Positions 51,663 through 61,342 of a stretch of DNA of 64,000 bases are shown here, piece after piece. This stretch comes from Alphaproteobacteria bacterium. GTDB taxonomy: Bacteria; Pseudomonadota; Alphaproteobacteria; UBA2966. Positions within the stretch are counted from its first letter, which is position 1. Each line of letters opens with the position of its first letter. A model generated the notes under the pieces. The model was not told the DNA's origin. It saw only the letters and a list, made by a program, of their open reading frames with translations, and searched no databases. The stretch covers positions 106,290 through 170,289 of the forward strand of contig OZ241357.1 of the NCBI GenBank assembly GCA_965200265.1. The letters are read 5' to 3'. The position numbers and the translations under genes were made by a program.

Positions 51663-53060
51663 ATGGGTATCGTCAGGTCCGGTGGCCGGTCGTTCGACGT
51701 TTCCGTTCCCGTGATCGTGATCGGGGCCGGCGCCTGCGGATGCAGCGCGGCGCTGGCGGCGAAGGAGCGCGGCGCCGACGTTCTGATGATCGAGCGGGAC
51801 GAGCCGCCGACGGGGAGCACGTCCCTCTCCGGCGGACAGATCCCCGCCGCCGGCACCAGGCTTCAGAAGGCGGCGGGCATCGAGGACACGCCGGAGGCGT
51901 TCGCCGAGGAAGTCCTCGAGAAGGCGCGCCGCCGGACCGACGCGGAGATGGCGCTCGCCGTCTCCCGGGGCTCCACCGTGACCGTGGACTGGCTCGTCGA
52001 CGCCTACGGCGCGCCGCTGGAGGTCCTGACCGATTTCTTCTATCCGGGCCACAGGAAGCACCGGATGCACGGCACGCCCAACCGGGACGGCGCCGAACTG
52101 CTGGCCTGCCTGCTCGAGGCGGTCTCGCGCGAAGGCATCGACATGCTGACCGCGGCCACGGCCACCGACCTCCACGCCGACGAGGACGGCAAGGTCACCG
52201 GGGTGCGCCTCCGGCGCCCGGACGGGAGCCGCGAGGACGTCGGCTGCGGCGCCCTGGTGCTGGCCTGCAACGGATTCGGCGGCAACCCGGAGATGGTCCG
52301 GGAGTACATCCCCGAGATCGCCGACGCCCTCTATTTCGGCCATGTCGGCAACAAGGGGGACGCGGTGAAGTGGGGCCTGGAGCTCGGCGCCGGCGTCGCC
52401 GACATGGGCAGCTACCAAGGCCACGGCGCCGTCGCGACGCCTCACAACACGCACATCGGCTGGCCCTCGATCACCGAGGGCGGGATCATGGTCAACACCG
52501 ACGGCAGGCGCTTCAGCCACGAGAACCGGGGCTATTCCGAGCAGGCCATCGAGGTCATCCGCCAGCCCGGCAACTTCGCCTGGGCGATCTTCAACGAGAC
52601 CGCCCACGAGGTCGCCATGCAGTTCAGCCACCAGCGGGAGTCGGTCGAGGCCGGCGCCGTCCGCGTGGCGGAGACCTTCGACCGGCTGGCGGAGATCACC
52701 GAGCTGCCCGGGGACGCCCTCGCCGAGACCATCGCCGAGGTCAACGACGTCCTCGCGGGAAGGAAGGCCGATCCGTTCGGCCGGGACTTCGGCGACAAGG
52801 CGCCGCTGGAGCCGCCGTACCATGCGGTCAAGGTGACCGGCGCCCTCTTCCACACCCAGGGCGGCCTTGTCGTCGACCCCAAGGCGCGGGTCCTGCGCAA
52901 GGGCGGCCGGCGACCGCTGCCCAACCTGTTCGCGGGCGGCGGCGCGGCGCGCGGCCTCACCGGCCCGTCGTGCTGGGGCTATACTTCCGGAGCAGGCCTG
53001 ATGACCGCGACGACGCTCGGCCGGCTCGGCGGCGAAGGCGCCGCCGCGCTCGTCTCCTGA
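51663..53060 (+). CDS. FAD-dependent oxidoreductase (fumarate reductase/succinate dehydrogenase flavoprotein superfamily)
   Basis: IGAGACG, GSTSLSGG, LACNGFGGN, GRRF, HTQGGL, LFAGG. Confidence 0.85.
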   Translation: MGIVRSGGRSFDVSVPVIVIGAGACGCSAALAAKERGADVLMIERDEPPTGSTSLSGGQIPAAGTRLQKAAGIEDTPEAFAEEVLEKARRRTDAEMALAVSRGSTVTVDWLVDAYGAPLEVLTDFFYPGHRKHRMHGTPNRDGAELLACLLEAVSREGIDMLTAATATDLHADEDGKVTGVRLRRPDGSREDVGCGALVLACNGFGGNPEMVREYIPEIADALYFGHVGNKGDAVKWGLELGAGVADMGSYQGHGAVATPHNTHIGWPSITEGGIMVNTDGRRFSHENRGYSEQAIEVIRQPGNFAWAIFNETAHEVAMQFSHQRESVEAGAVRVAETFDRLAEITELPGDALAETIAEVNDVLAGRKADPFGRDFGDKAPLEPPYHAVKVTGALFHTQGGLVVDPKARVLRKGGRRPLPNLFAGGGAARGLTGPSCWGYTSGAGLMTATTLGRLGGEGAAALVS

Positions 53061-53072
53061 TCGTTGACCGGC

Positions 53073-53897
53073 CTACGGCGGATCCCACGCCGGCCCCAGC
53101 GCGAAATCCGCCAGACGGTCGTTCCGCGCCGTCAGGGACGACACGCGGGCCATGTCTTGCGCGGAGAGCTCGAAATCGAACACGTCGAAGTTCTCCCGGC
53201 AATGACTCTCGCGTCCCGACTTGGGGATCGCGGCCACCGGCCCCTGCTGGATCAGCCAGCGCAGCGCGACCTGCGCCGCGGTCTTGCCGTGGCGTTCGGC
53301 GATCTCGGTCAGGACGGGATGGCGCGCGACCTTTCCCTTGGCGAGCGGCATGTAGGCGGTGAGCATCATGCCGTACTCGCGCGCCAGCCCGAGAACCCGG
53401 TTCTGCGGCAGGAAGGGATGGTATTCGACCTGGTTGCAAGCGATGTCGGCGCCGCACTCCTCCACGGCTTCCCTCATCAGGGCCGTGTTGAAGTTGCTGA
53501 CCCCGACGAGGCGCGCCTTGCCGGCGGCCTTGATCTCGCCGAGGGCCTTCAGGGTCTCGCGCAGCGGGACGGTCTTGCTCGGCCAGTGGACGAGCAGCAG
53601 GTCGACGTAGCCGGTGTTCAGGTTCCGCAGGCTGTCTTCGGCGCAGCGTTTCACGTCCGGGTACGCGAGGTCGTCGGGCCAGATCTTCGTCGTGACGAAC
53701 ACGTCCTCCCGGTCGACGGGAGAGTCCCGGACGGCGCTGCCCACCTCGGTCTCGTTGCCGTACATGCGGGCGGTGTCGATATGACGGTAGCCGACATCGA
53801 GCGCCATGCGCACCGCGTCGACGCATTGGCGCCCGCGCAACGTCCAGGTGCCGAGGCCCAGCGCGGGAACCCGGACCCCTTTCACGTCGATGTGCAT
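53073..53897 (-). CDS. Aldo/keto reductase (DkgB-like)
   Basis: LGLGTW, GYRHIDTARMYGNE, DLLLVHWP, GVSNF, AIPKS. Confidence 0.93.
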   Translation of the reverse strand: MHIDVKGVRVPALGLGTWTLRGRQCVDAVRMALDVGYRHIDTARMYGNETEVGSAVRDSPVDREDVFVTTKIWPDDLAYPDVKRCAEDSLRNLNTGYVDLLLVHWPSKTVPLRETLKALGEIKAAGKARLVGVSNFNTALMREAVEECGADIACNQVEYHPFLPQNRVLGLAREYGMMLTAYMPLAKGKVARHPVLTEIAERHGKTAAQVALRWLIQQGPVAAIPKSGRESHCRENFDVFDFELSAQDMARVSSLTARNDRLADFALGPAWDPP

Positions 53898-53959
53898 CGC
53901 GGGCGTTGCCTCCGTATGGAAGAGAGTACCGTTCGGTTCCCGGCATGATGGAGGATGCC

Positions 53960-54739
53960 ATGACCCTTGCGCCACCCCCCCGCTCCACGAAACCGCGCGC
54001 CGCCGGGATCACCGCGATGATCGACTTCGGTCCCGACGAGATGGGATGGACCGGCGAGAACGGCCTGCGGGACCTCATGGCCTGCGCCGCCCCCTTCATC
54101 GACATGGCGAAGATCTATGCCCTCAACGCCATCCTCGTGCCCGAGGACGCGATCAAGGCCAGCGTCGCTGTCTACCGCGACAACGACGTGACGCCCTACA
54201 CCGGCGGCATCCTGTTCGAATACGCCTTCCTGCGCGGCGAGGTCGACGACATGCTCGACCGTGTGGAGCGGCTCGGCGTACCCGCATTGGAGATCTCGGA
54301 AAACTACGTCACCCTCGAGCCGGACGCACGGCGCGACTTCATCGCGCGCGCCGCCGGGCGCGGCTTGCGCGTGATCTGGGAATTCGGCCGCAAGAACCCG
54401 GAAGGACCGTTCGACCTGGACGAGGTCGGCGCGATGATCCGGGACGCCATGGACGCGGGCGCCGATCACGTGATCCTGGAGCAGAGCGAGCTCGACGTGC
54501 TGGAGGACGCGGCGCCGGGGGCGTTCGCGCAACTCCCCGACCAGTCGTGGTTTCCCGACGTCCTGATCGAGGGCGATCCCTATCGGTTCCCGGAACGGCA
54601 CGGCCGGATCATCGAACGGTTCGGCCCGGAGGTGAATTTCGCCAACATCGCGGCGGGGCAATGCCTGCGCCTCGAAGGGCTGCGCCGCGGCATCGGCCGC
54701 GCCGTCGACTACGCGATGTTCCGGGAATACGGACTGTGA
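53960..54739 (+). CDS. Phosphosulfolactate synthase (ComA)-like protein, divergent
   Basis: RSTKPRAAGITAMID, GGILFE, LEISEN, EFGRK, VNFANI, LEGLRRG; SD GGAGG. Confidence 0.75.
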   Translation: MTLAPPPRSTKPRAAGITAMIDFGPDEMGWTGENGLRDLMACAAPFIDMAKIYALNAILVPEDAIKASVAVYRDNDVTPYTGGILFEYAFLRGEVDDMLDRVERLGVPALEISENYVTLEPDARRDFIARAAGRGLRVIWEFGRKNPEGPFDLDEVGAMIRDAMDAGADHVILEQSELDVLEDAAPGAFAQLPDQSWFPDVLIEGDPYRFPERHGRIIERFGPEVNFANIAAGQCLRLEGLRRGIGRAVDYAMFREYGL

Positions 54740-54769
54740 CGGGGGAACGCGCGACGAACGGACCTCGCC

Positions 54770-57109
54770 TCAGCCCCGGGCGCCGGCCCTGGCGCGCCGG
54801 ATCGCCCGCCAGACGTTCGCCGGCGTCGCGGGCATGTCGACATGGCGGACGCCGAGAGGCGACAGCGCGTCGACGATCGCGTTGATCGCCGCCGGCGCGG
54901 AGCCGATCGTGCCCGCCTCCCCGGCGCCCTTGATGCCGAGCGGGTTGGTGGCGCACGGGATCTCGTTGTAGGCGATGTCGAAGAACGGGAAATCGTCGGC
55001 GCGGGGCATGGCGTAGTCCATGAACGTGCCGGAGAGAAGCTGCCCGCTCTCGCGGTCGTAGACGCAGTTCTCCATCAGCGCCTGGCCCAGGCCCTGGACG
55101 ATGCCGCCGTGGACCTGCCCGTCGACGAGCAGCGGGTTGATCAGCTTGCCGAGATCGTCGACCACCGTGTACCGGAGCACGTCGACGACGCCGGTATCCG
55201 GATCCACCTCGACCTCGCAGACGTGGCAGCCGTTGGGATAGGTGAGGCCCGGCGGCATGTATTCGTGGCGCTCGGCGATGCCGAAGCCCAGTTCCTCCGG
55301 CAGGCCGCGCGGCATGTAGGCCAGCGCGGCGATTTCCTCGAACGTCACCGACCGGTCGGTGCCGCGGACCGTCGCCGCGCCGTCGGCGATCTCGATGTCG
55401 GCCTCGGAGGCCTCCAGCATGTGGGCGGCGATCAGGCGGCAACGGTCGGCGACCCGCGCGGACGCCCGGTCGACCGCCACGCCGCCGACCGTCACCGAGC
55501 GCGAGAACCCGGTTCCGGTGCCGTAGGAGACGGCGTCGGTATCCCCCTGGACCAGGCGGACCCGGTCGAGCGGCAGCCCGAGATGTTCGGACACGACCTG
55601 GGCGTAGGCCGTGGGGTGCCCCTGCCCGTTGTTCTGGGAGCCGATCGACAGCGCGATGCCGCCGTCACGGTCGACCCGGATCTCGGCCATCTCGTTGGTG
55701 CCGCCGCCGCACGACTCCACGTAGGCGGCGAGGCCGAGGCCGCGCAGCTTCCCGCGGGCCGCGGCGGCCGCCCGGCGCGGCGCGCGGTCCGCCCATCCGG
55801 CGTTGTCCAGGGCGTCGGTCAGGTTGCGGAGGAAGTCGCCGCTGTCGTAGACCTCCCCCAGGCAGGTCTCGTGAGGCATGGCGTCCGGCGGGATGAAGTT
55901 CCGCTGGCGAATCTCCGCCGGCGAAAGCCCCGTTTCCCGCGCCGCCGCGTCGACCGCACGCTCCAGCGCGTAGCAGACCTCGGGCCGGCCGGCGCCCCGA
56001 TAGGCGTCCACCGGGACCCTGTTGGTGAAGACGCAGCGCACGCGGACGTGAGCGACGGGAATCCGGTAGAGCCCGGTCAGCAGGTTGGAACCCGCCACGG
56101 TCGGGATCATGGGACCGAACGTGGAAAGGTAGGCGCCCATGTCGGCGACGGTGGACGCCCGGATGGCGAGGAAACGGCCCTCGCCGTCCAGCGCCAGATC
56201 GACGTCCGTCACGTTGTCTCGGGCATGGGTGTCCGACACGAAGGCGTCGGAGCGCCCGCCACTCCATTTCACCGGCCGTCCGAGCTTCCTCGCCGCCCAC
56301 AGCACCAAGGCGTGTTCGGGGTAGACGTTCTTCATCCCGAATCCGCCGCCCACGTCCGGCGTGACGACGCGCAGCCGGGATTCCGGGATGCCGAGAACGC
56401 CATCGCACAGGGCGTGGCGCAGGCGATGGGGAGTCTGGTTGACGGCGTGGAGCGTGTAGCGCCCCGTACCCTCGTCGAATTCACCGATGGCGCCGCGCGG
56501 CTCCATGGAGTTGACGACGATCCGGTTGTTGACGACCCGCAGGGAGACGACGCGGTCGGCGACGGCGAAGGCCGCCTCGACGCCCGGCGCGTCGCCCTTC
56601 GACCAGTCGACGCAGACGTTCCCCGGCGCCTCGGGCCAGAGGCGCGGCGCGCGGCTTTCGATCGCGGCCGCCGTGTCGGTCACGAACGGCAGGGGTTCGT
56701 AGGCGACGTCGACCGCCTCCGCTCCGTCGCGCGCGGCCTCCACCGAGTCGGCCACGACCAGGGCGACGTAATCCCCGACGTAGCGCACCCGGTCGGCGGC
56801 GAGCGCCGGACGCGGCGGTCGCGCCACCGCAGCCCCGGTTCCCGAAACGCGACCCGCTCCCGGACAGGGAAGGGGTCCCAGCCCGTCCGCGGCGAGGTCC
56901 GCGTGCGTGAAGACGCCGAGCACCCCCGGCCGCGACCGGGCCGCGGCGGTATCGATGCCCGAGATCCCGGCGTGCGCGTGAGGGGAGCGCAGGACGGTCG
57001 CGTGGGCCTGCCGCGGCAGGTCGATGTCGTCGTTGTAGCGCCCGCGGCCCCGCAGGAGGCGCCGGTCCTCGATCCGGCGAACGGGCTGCCCCACGCCGAA
57101 CCTACCCAT
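54770..57109 (-). CDS. Xanthine dehydrogenase family molybdopterin-binding subunit (CoxL form II-like)
   Basis: RIEDRRLLRG, DVGGGFGMK, AYRGAGRPE, GQGH, QVHGGIVQGLG, KGAGEAG. Confidence 0.92.
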   Translation of the reverse strand: MGRFGVGQPVRRIEDRRLLRGRGRYNDDIDLPRQAHATVLRSPHAHAGISGIDTAAARSRPGVLGVFTHADLAADGLGPLPCPGAGRVSGTGAAVARPPRPALAADRVRYVGDYVALVVADSVEAARDGAEAVDVAYEPLPFVTDTAAAIESRAPRLWPEAPGNVCVDWSKGDAPGVEAAFAVADRVVSLRVVNNRIVVNSMEPRGAIGEFDEGTGRYTLHAVNQTPHRLRHALCDGVLGIPESRLRVVTPDVGGGFGMKNVYPEHALVLWAARKLGRPVKWSGGRSDAFVSDTHARDNVTDVDLALDGEGRFLAIRASTVADMGAYLSTFGPMIPTVAGSNLLTGLYRIPVAHVRVRCVFTNRVPVDAYRGAGRPEVCYALERAVDAAARETGLSPAEIRQRNFIPPDAMPHETCLGEVYDSGDFLRNLTDALDNAGWADRAPRRAAAAARGKLRGLGLAAYVESCGGGTNEMAEIRVDRDGGIALSIGSQNNGQGHPTAYAQVVSEHLGLPLDRVRLVQGDTDAVSYGTGTGFSRSVTVGGVAVDRASARVADRCRLIAAHMLEASEADIEIADGAATVRGTDRSVTFEEIAALAYMPRGLPEELGFGIAERHEYMPPGLTYPNGCHVCEVEVDPDTGVVDVLRYTVVDDLGKLINPLLVDGQVHGGIVQGLGQALMENCVYDRESGQLLSGTFMDYAMPRADDFPFFDIAYNEIPCATNPLGIKGAGEAGTIGSAPAAINAIVDALSPLGVRHVDMPATPANVWRAIRRARAGARG

Positions 57110-57160
57110 GGCGCGCCCGTCCGTGGATCGCGATCCGAAACCGGGGCCGGGCGGAGCGCA

Positions 57161-58642
57161 TCAGGCGTTGGCGCCGGCGGCCGCGGCGCCGGCGATTCGG
57201 CCGAACACGGCGCCGGAGGTCAGGCCCGTCGCCCCCGGATAGTTGAAGTAGAAGAGCCCGCCGACCAACTCGCCCGCCGCGTACAGCCCGGGGATCGTCC
57301 GGCCGTCGGTGTCGATCACCTGGGCCCGCGGGTTTGTCCGCAGACCGCCGAACGTGAAGGTGATCCCGCAGGTCACCGCGTAGGCCTCGAAGGGCGGTTC
57401 GTCGATGGTGTTGGCCCAGTTCGACTTCGGCACCGTCAGGCCCTCGGCGCGCCGGCCGTCCTTGACGTTGGGATCGAACGGGATGTCGGTGCGGACGGCG
57501 GCGTTGTACTCCCGGATCGTCGCGACGACGCCGGCCGCGTCGGTATCGTCCATCCTGGCGGCCAGCTCCTCGATCGTGTCGGCCCGTATCCTGGTGACGC
57601 GCCGGATGCGGTACTCGTCCCGCAGCAGGTGCGCGACCTTGGCGTCGAAGACCTGCCACGCGAACTGCCCCGGTTGCGAGAGGATCTCGCGCCCGTAGCG
57701 CGCGTAGGTGTAGTTGCGGAACTCCGCTCCCTCGTCGAGGAAACGCCGCCCGCGGGAGTTCAGCACGATCCCCCACGGATAGCTGTGTTTCTGGAACTGG
57801 TCGCCGACCGCGAGGTCGCCGAACTCCGGCGCGTTGCGGTCCCAGGCCACGGCGTGACACCCGGACCAGTTGCCGGCCGGAGACGCGCCCGCATCCAGTG
57901 CCATGCGGATGCCGTCGCCGGTGTTGAACCGCGACCCCCGCACCTTGGCGAGGTCCCATCCCGGACCGAGGTAGCGGGTGCGCCACTCGGCGTTGGCCTC
58001 GAACCCGCCCGACGCCAGCACGACGCCGCGCGCGCGGACGTCCCTGGTCCGGCCGCCGTCGCGCACGCGCACGCCGTGGACGCCGTCGTCGTCCTGCAGC
58101 AACGACATGGCCCGCGCCTCGTACAGGACCTCGACGCCGGCCTGCGCGGCCGCCGCGTGCAGCGAATCGACCAGACCGGGGCCACCGCCCGCCGCCTCCA
58201 CGGTGACGCCGCCCCAGAACCTGAACCTGCCGCCCACCTTGAAGGCCTGGCGGCCGTAGATCGGAACGAAACGGACTCCCTTGGACTTCATCCACCGGGC
58301 GGTGGGGAAGCTCTTGGTCACCAGCACTTCCACGAGATCGGGGTCGCAGCGGTAGTGCGTGATCCGGCCCATGTCGTCGAAATACCGGTCGGACGTGTAC
58401 GCGCCGAAGTCGGTGATCTCCTTCTCCTCGTCGGAGAGGTCGACGAGCCTCTCGATGTCCTCGACGCCGTTGTAGACGATGCGCATACTGCCGGCGGTGA
58501 ACCGGCTGTTGCCGCCCCGTTCCTCGCGCGGCGCGCGTTCCAGCACCAGCACGTCGGATGCGCGCTCCCGCGCCGACAGCGCCGCGCAGAGGGCCGCGTT
58601 GCCGGCGCCGACCACGATCACGTCGTAAGCGTCCTTCGCCAT
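57161..58642 (-). CDS. tcuA: FAD-dependent tricarballylate dehydrogenase TcuA-like
   Basis: VGAGNAALCAA, GGNSRFT, RFLDEGA...NYTYA, GITFTFGG, YPGATGL. Confidence 0.8.
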   Translation of the reverse strand: MAKDAYDVIVVGAGNAALCAALSARERASDVLVLERAPREERGGNSRFTAGSMRIVYNGVEDIERLVDLSDEEKEITDFGAYTSDRYFDDMGRITHYRCDPDLVEVLVTKSFPTARWMKSKGVRFVPIYGRQAFKVGGRFRFWGGVTVEAAGGGPGLVDSLHAAAAQAGVEVLYEARAMSLLQDDDGVHGVRVRDGGRTRDVRARGVVLASGGFEANAEWRTRYLGPGWDLAKVRGSRFNTGDGIRMALDAGASPAGNWSGCHAVAWDRNAPEFGDLAVGDQFQKHSYPWGIVLNSRGRRFLDEGAEFRNYTYARYGREILSQPGQFAWQVFDAKVAHLLRDEYRIRRVTRIRADTIEELAARMDDTDAAGVVATIREYNAAVRTDIPFDPNVKDGRRAEGLTVPKSNWANTIDEPPFEAYAVTCGITFTFGGLRTNPRAQVIDTDGRTIPGLYAAGELVGGLFYFNYPGATGLTSGAVFGRIAGAAAAGANA

Positions 58643-58784
58643 CGTCCTCTCGTTCCGCGGTGAGGCCGGTCGGGCCTGTTCTAGCCGCGCCGCACGTCCG
58701 CGGGCAAGCGGGGTCGGCGGCGGTTGCGCCGCCGCATCGGGCGCGGCACTGTCCCCGGGCCGGGCGCACGCGCGAGGGCAGGCC

Positions 58785-59678
58785 ATGGAATTTTCCCGTC
58801 ACGACCGCTACGACTACGTCCCCATCGACGAACGGCCGGACTACACGTGGCCGAACGGCAAGCGCCTCGCCGTCTACTTCGGCAACAACGTCGAGGAGTT
58901 CGCCTTCCGGGAAGGGCTCAACGAGGCGGGCTTGGCCGCCCCGCCGCCCACGCACCGGACCTTCGCCTCGCGCGATTACGGCAACCGGGTCGGCATCTGG
59001 CGCCTGTTCGACCTGCTCGACGATCTCGGCGTCCCGGCGTCGCACAACGTCAACACCGCCGTCTTCGAATACGCGCCCCAAGTGGCGGAGCGGATCGGGG
59101 AACGCGGCGACGAGATGATCGGCCACGGCCGCACCAATTCCGAGCGTCAGGACGGACTCCCGGAGGCCGACGAGAGGGAGATGATCGAGCACTGCGCCGA
59201 GATGATCGTGCGGCATGGCGGCAAGCGGCCGACCGGCTGGCTCAGCCCGTTCCTGGCCGAGACCGCCGTCACGCCCGATCTCCTGAAGGAAGCCGGCTAC
59301 GGCTACACCCTCAACTGGCCCTTCGACGATCAACCCGTGTGGATGCGCACGCGGGCGGGGCCGCTCCTCTACGTGCCGTATTCGGTGGAGATCAACGACC
59401 TGCCGGTGATCGTCAATACGTGGCGCTACACGCCGCGGCAGTTCGCCGAACTGATCGTCGACCAGTTCGACGAGATGCTGGAGGAATCGCGGCGCCGGCC
59501 CCTGGTGTTCTGCTTCTCCCTTCATCCCTTCGTGCTCGGCCATCCGTTTCGGATCCGGCCCTTGCGCCGGGCCATGGAGCACGTCATGCGCCGCCGCGAC
59601 GACATCTGGCTCACGACCCCGGGCGAGATCGCGGCCTGGTGTGGGACCCTGCCGCCCGGGATCGTTCCGGGCGGCTGA
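58785..59678 (+). CDS. Polysaccharide deacetylase family protein (PuuE-like)
   Basis: WPNGKRLAV, DYGNRVGIWR, GHG, PTGWLSP, DDQP, LHPF..GHPFR. Confidence 0.87.
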   Translation: MEFSRHDRYDYVPIDERPDYTWPNGKRLAVYFGNNVEEFAFREGLNEAGLAAPPPTHRTFASRDYGNRVGIWRLFDLLDDLGVPASHNVNTAVFEYAPQVAERIGERGDEMIGHGRTNSERQDGLPEADEREMIEHCAEMIVRHGGKRPTGWLSPFLAETAVTPDLLKEAGYGYTLNWPFDDQPVWMRTRAGPLLYVPYSVEINDLPVIVNTWRYTPRQFAELIVDQFDEMLEESRRRPLVFCFSLHPFVLGHPFRIRPLRRAMEHVMRRRDDIWLTTPGEIAAWCGTLPPGIVPGG

Positions 59679-59693
59679 ACGGAAGGGTCGCGT

Positions 59694-61265
59694 CTACCCC
59701 CGCCGTTGCGCGGGCGCCTTGCGCAGGAGGCAGCACGCGATCAGCCCGACCGCGAAGATCACGCCGATGACGAAGAACATGTCGTTGTAGGCCATGATGG
59801 TGGCGTCCCGCGAGACCAGGGAGTTCAACGCCGCGACCGCCTGATCCCGGGCGAGCTGGAGGTCGCCGCTGTAGGCGGCGAAATGTTCGGTCAGCTGATC
59901 GAGCCGGGCCAGGGTTTCCGCATCGTAGGACGAGACGTGCTCGCCGACGTGATCGACGTGGAAGTCCGACCGCCGGGAGATTCCCGTGTTCAGGCAGGCG
60001 ATGCCGACGGCGCCGCCGATGTCCCGGGTCATGTTGATGATCGCCGCGGCCGAGCCATGGTTGGCGGGCTCCAGCAGGGACGTCGCGAAGATCGGCACCA
60101 CGACCATGATGAACGGCTGTCCCACGGCCCGGATGACGTTGACGAACATGAGCTCCCAGTACCCGGTATCGAAGCTCATATCGACGTTCAGGAAGCAACT
60201 GACGCTGAACAGGACGCACCCGAAACCCAGCAGCAGGCGCGCGTCCACGCGCGGCAGGAGCCACAGCACCAGGGGCGCGGCGACGATCTGCGGAATGCCG
60301 ATCCACATGATCACCGTGCTGACCTGGGTCGCCGTGTACTGGGGAACCTGGATCAGGTAGAGCGCGATGATGAACATCGTGCCGAACACGCCGATGCCGA
60401 AGCCGAAGATGATCAGGCAGCAGAGGCCGAAGTTGCGCCTCCCGTAGAGGCGCAGGTTTATGTACGGCTCCTTGCGGAAGAGCTGGATGGCGATGAAGAC
60501 GAGGAGGCACAGGACGGAGATCGCCGACATCCGCAGGATGAGGTCGGACGTGAACCAGTCGTTGCGGTTGCCTTCCTCGAGCACCGTGATGAACAGGAAC
60601 AGCCCCACCGCCATGAGGGTGATGCTGAACCACTGGATCCGGCGCAGCAGCCCCAGCGATCGGGGCGACCTGTCGAGCCCGTGGAGCAGGCAGACGAGGG
60701 TCGCGCCGGCCGGGATCGTCTGGACGTAGAAGATCAGTTCCCACGAGAACGTATCCGTCAACCAGCCGCCGAGCGCCGGCCCCACGGTCGGCGCCTGGAC
60801 CGTCAGCAGCGCCCACCACATGAAGGCGACGGGCCGCTTCGACGGCGGCAGCGTCGCCAGGATGACGGTGAAGGCCATGGGCATGAGGCCGCCGCCGAAC
60901 AGCCCGGCGACGAAGCGCAGCGCGATCATGGCGTTCAGGTCCCAGGCCAGGGCGCAGGCGACGAGCGACAGCATGAACCCGGCGGTGTTGGCCGTCGCGT
61001 AGGTGCGGACGGAGAACACCCGCGTGAGCCACGCCGTCAGCGGCATGATGACGATGGCGGCGGCGAGGTAAGCGGTCGTGATCCACGAGGCCTCGGTCAG
61101 GCTCGCGGAGAGGGCCGCTTGGATCTCACGCAACGAGGTGTTGGTGATCTGGTGGTTCAGGACCGCGCAGAAGGAGCCGATGATCGCGCCCGACACCGCG
61201 ATCCACTGGCGGAGCGTGACGCGCTCCTCGGTTCCGGATGCGGGGCGTGTGGGGGCATTTGCCAC
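59694..61265 (-). CDS. DHA2 (EmrB/QacA) family MFS efflux permease
   Basis: WITTAYL, APTVGPALGGWLTD, LEEGNRNDWF, RDIGGAVG. Confidence 0.92.
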   Translation of the reverse strand: MANAPTRPASGTEERVTLRQWIAVSGAIIGSFCAVLNHQITNTSLREIQAALSASLTEASWITTAYLAAAIVIMPLTAWLTRVFSVRTYATANTAGFMLSLVACALAWDLNAMIALRFVAGLFGGGLMPMAFTVILATLPPSKRPVAFMWWALLTVQAPTVGPALGGWLTDTFSWELIFYVQTIPAGATLVCLLHGLDRSPRSLGLLRRIQWFSITLMAVGLFLFITVLEEGNRNDWFTSDLILRMSAISVLCLLVFIAIQLFRKEPYINLRLYGRRNFGLCCLIIFGFGIGVFGTMFIIALYLIQVPQYTATQVSTVIMWIGIPQIVAAPLVLWLLPRVDARLLLGFGCVLFSVSCFLNVDMSFDTGYWELMFVNVIRAVGQPFIMVVVPIFATSLLEPANHGSAAAIINMTRDIGGAVGIACLNTGISRRSDFHVDHVGEHVSSYDAETLARLDQLTEHFAAYSGDLQLARDQAVAALNSLVSRDATIMAYNDMFFVIGVIFAVGLIACCLLRKAPAQRRG

Positions 61266-61276
61266 GAACCATGCCT

Positions 61277-61305
61277 TTCCCGTACATTTATCTTCGCAAT
61301 ATAAT
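61277..61305 (+). promoter_or_regulatory. Putative sigma70 promoter for GmrSD-like gene
   Basis: TTCCCG-17-TATAAT followed by SD TAAGGAGG. Confidence 0.55.
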
Positions 61306-61342
61306 AACGCAACGCCATCGATAGACCGGTAAGGAGGACAGT

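Noticed and set aside
54770-57109. CO dehydrogenase assignment
   Set aside because: AYRGAGR motif and absence of coxS/M and accessory genes do not support bona fide CO oxidation
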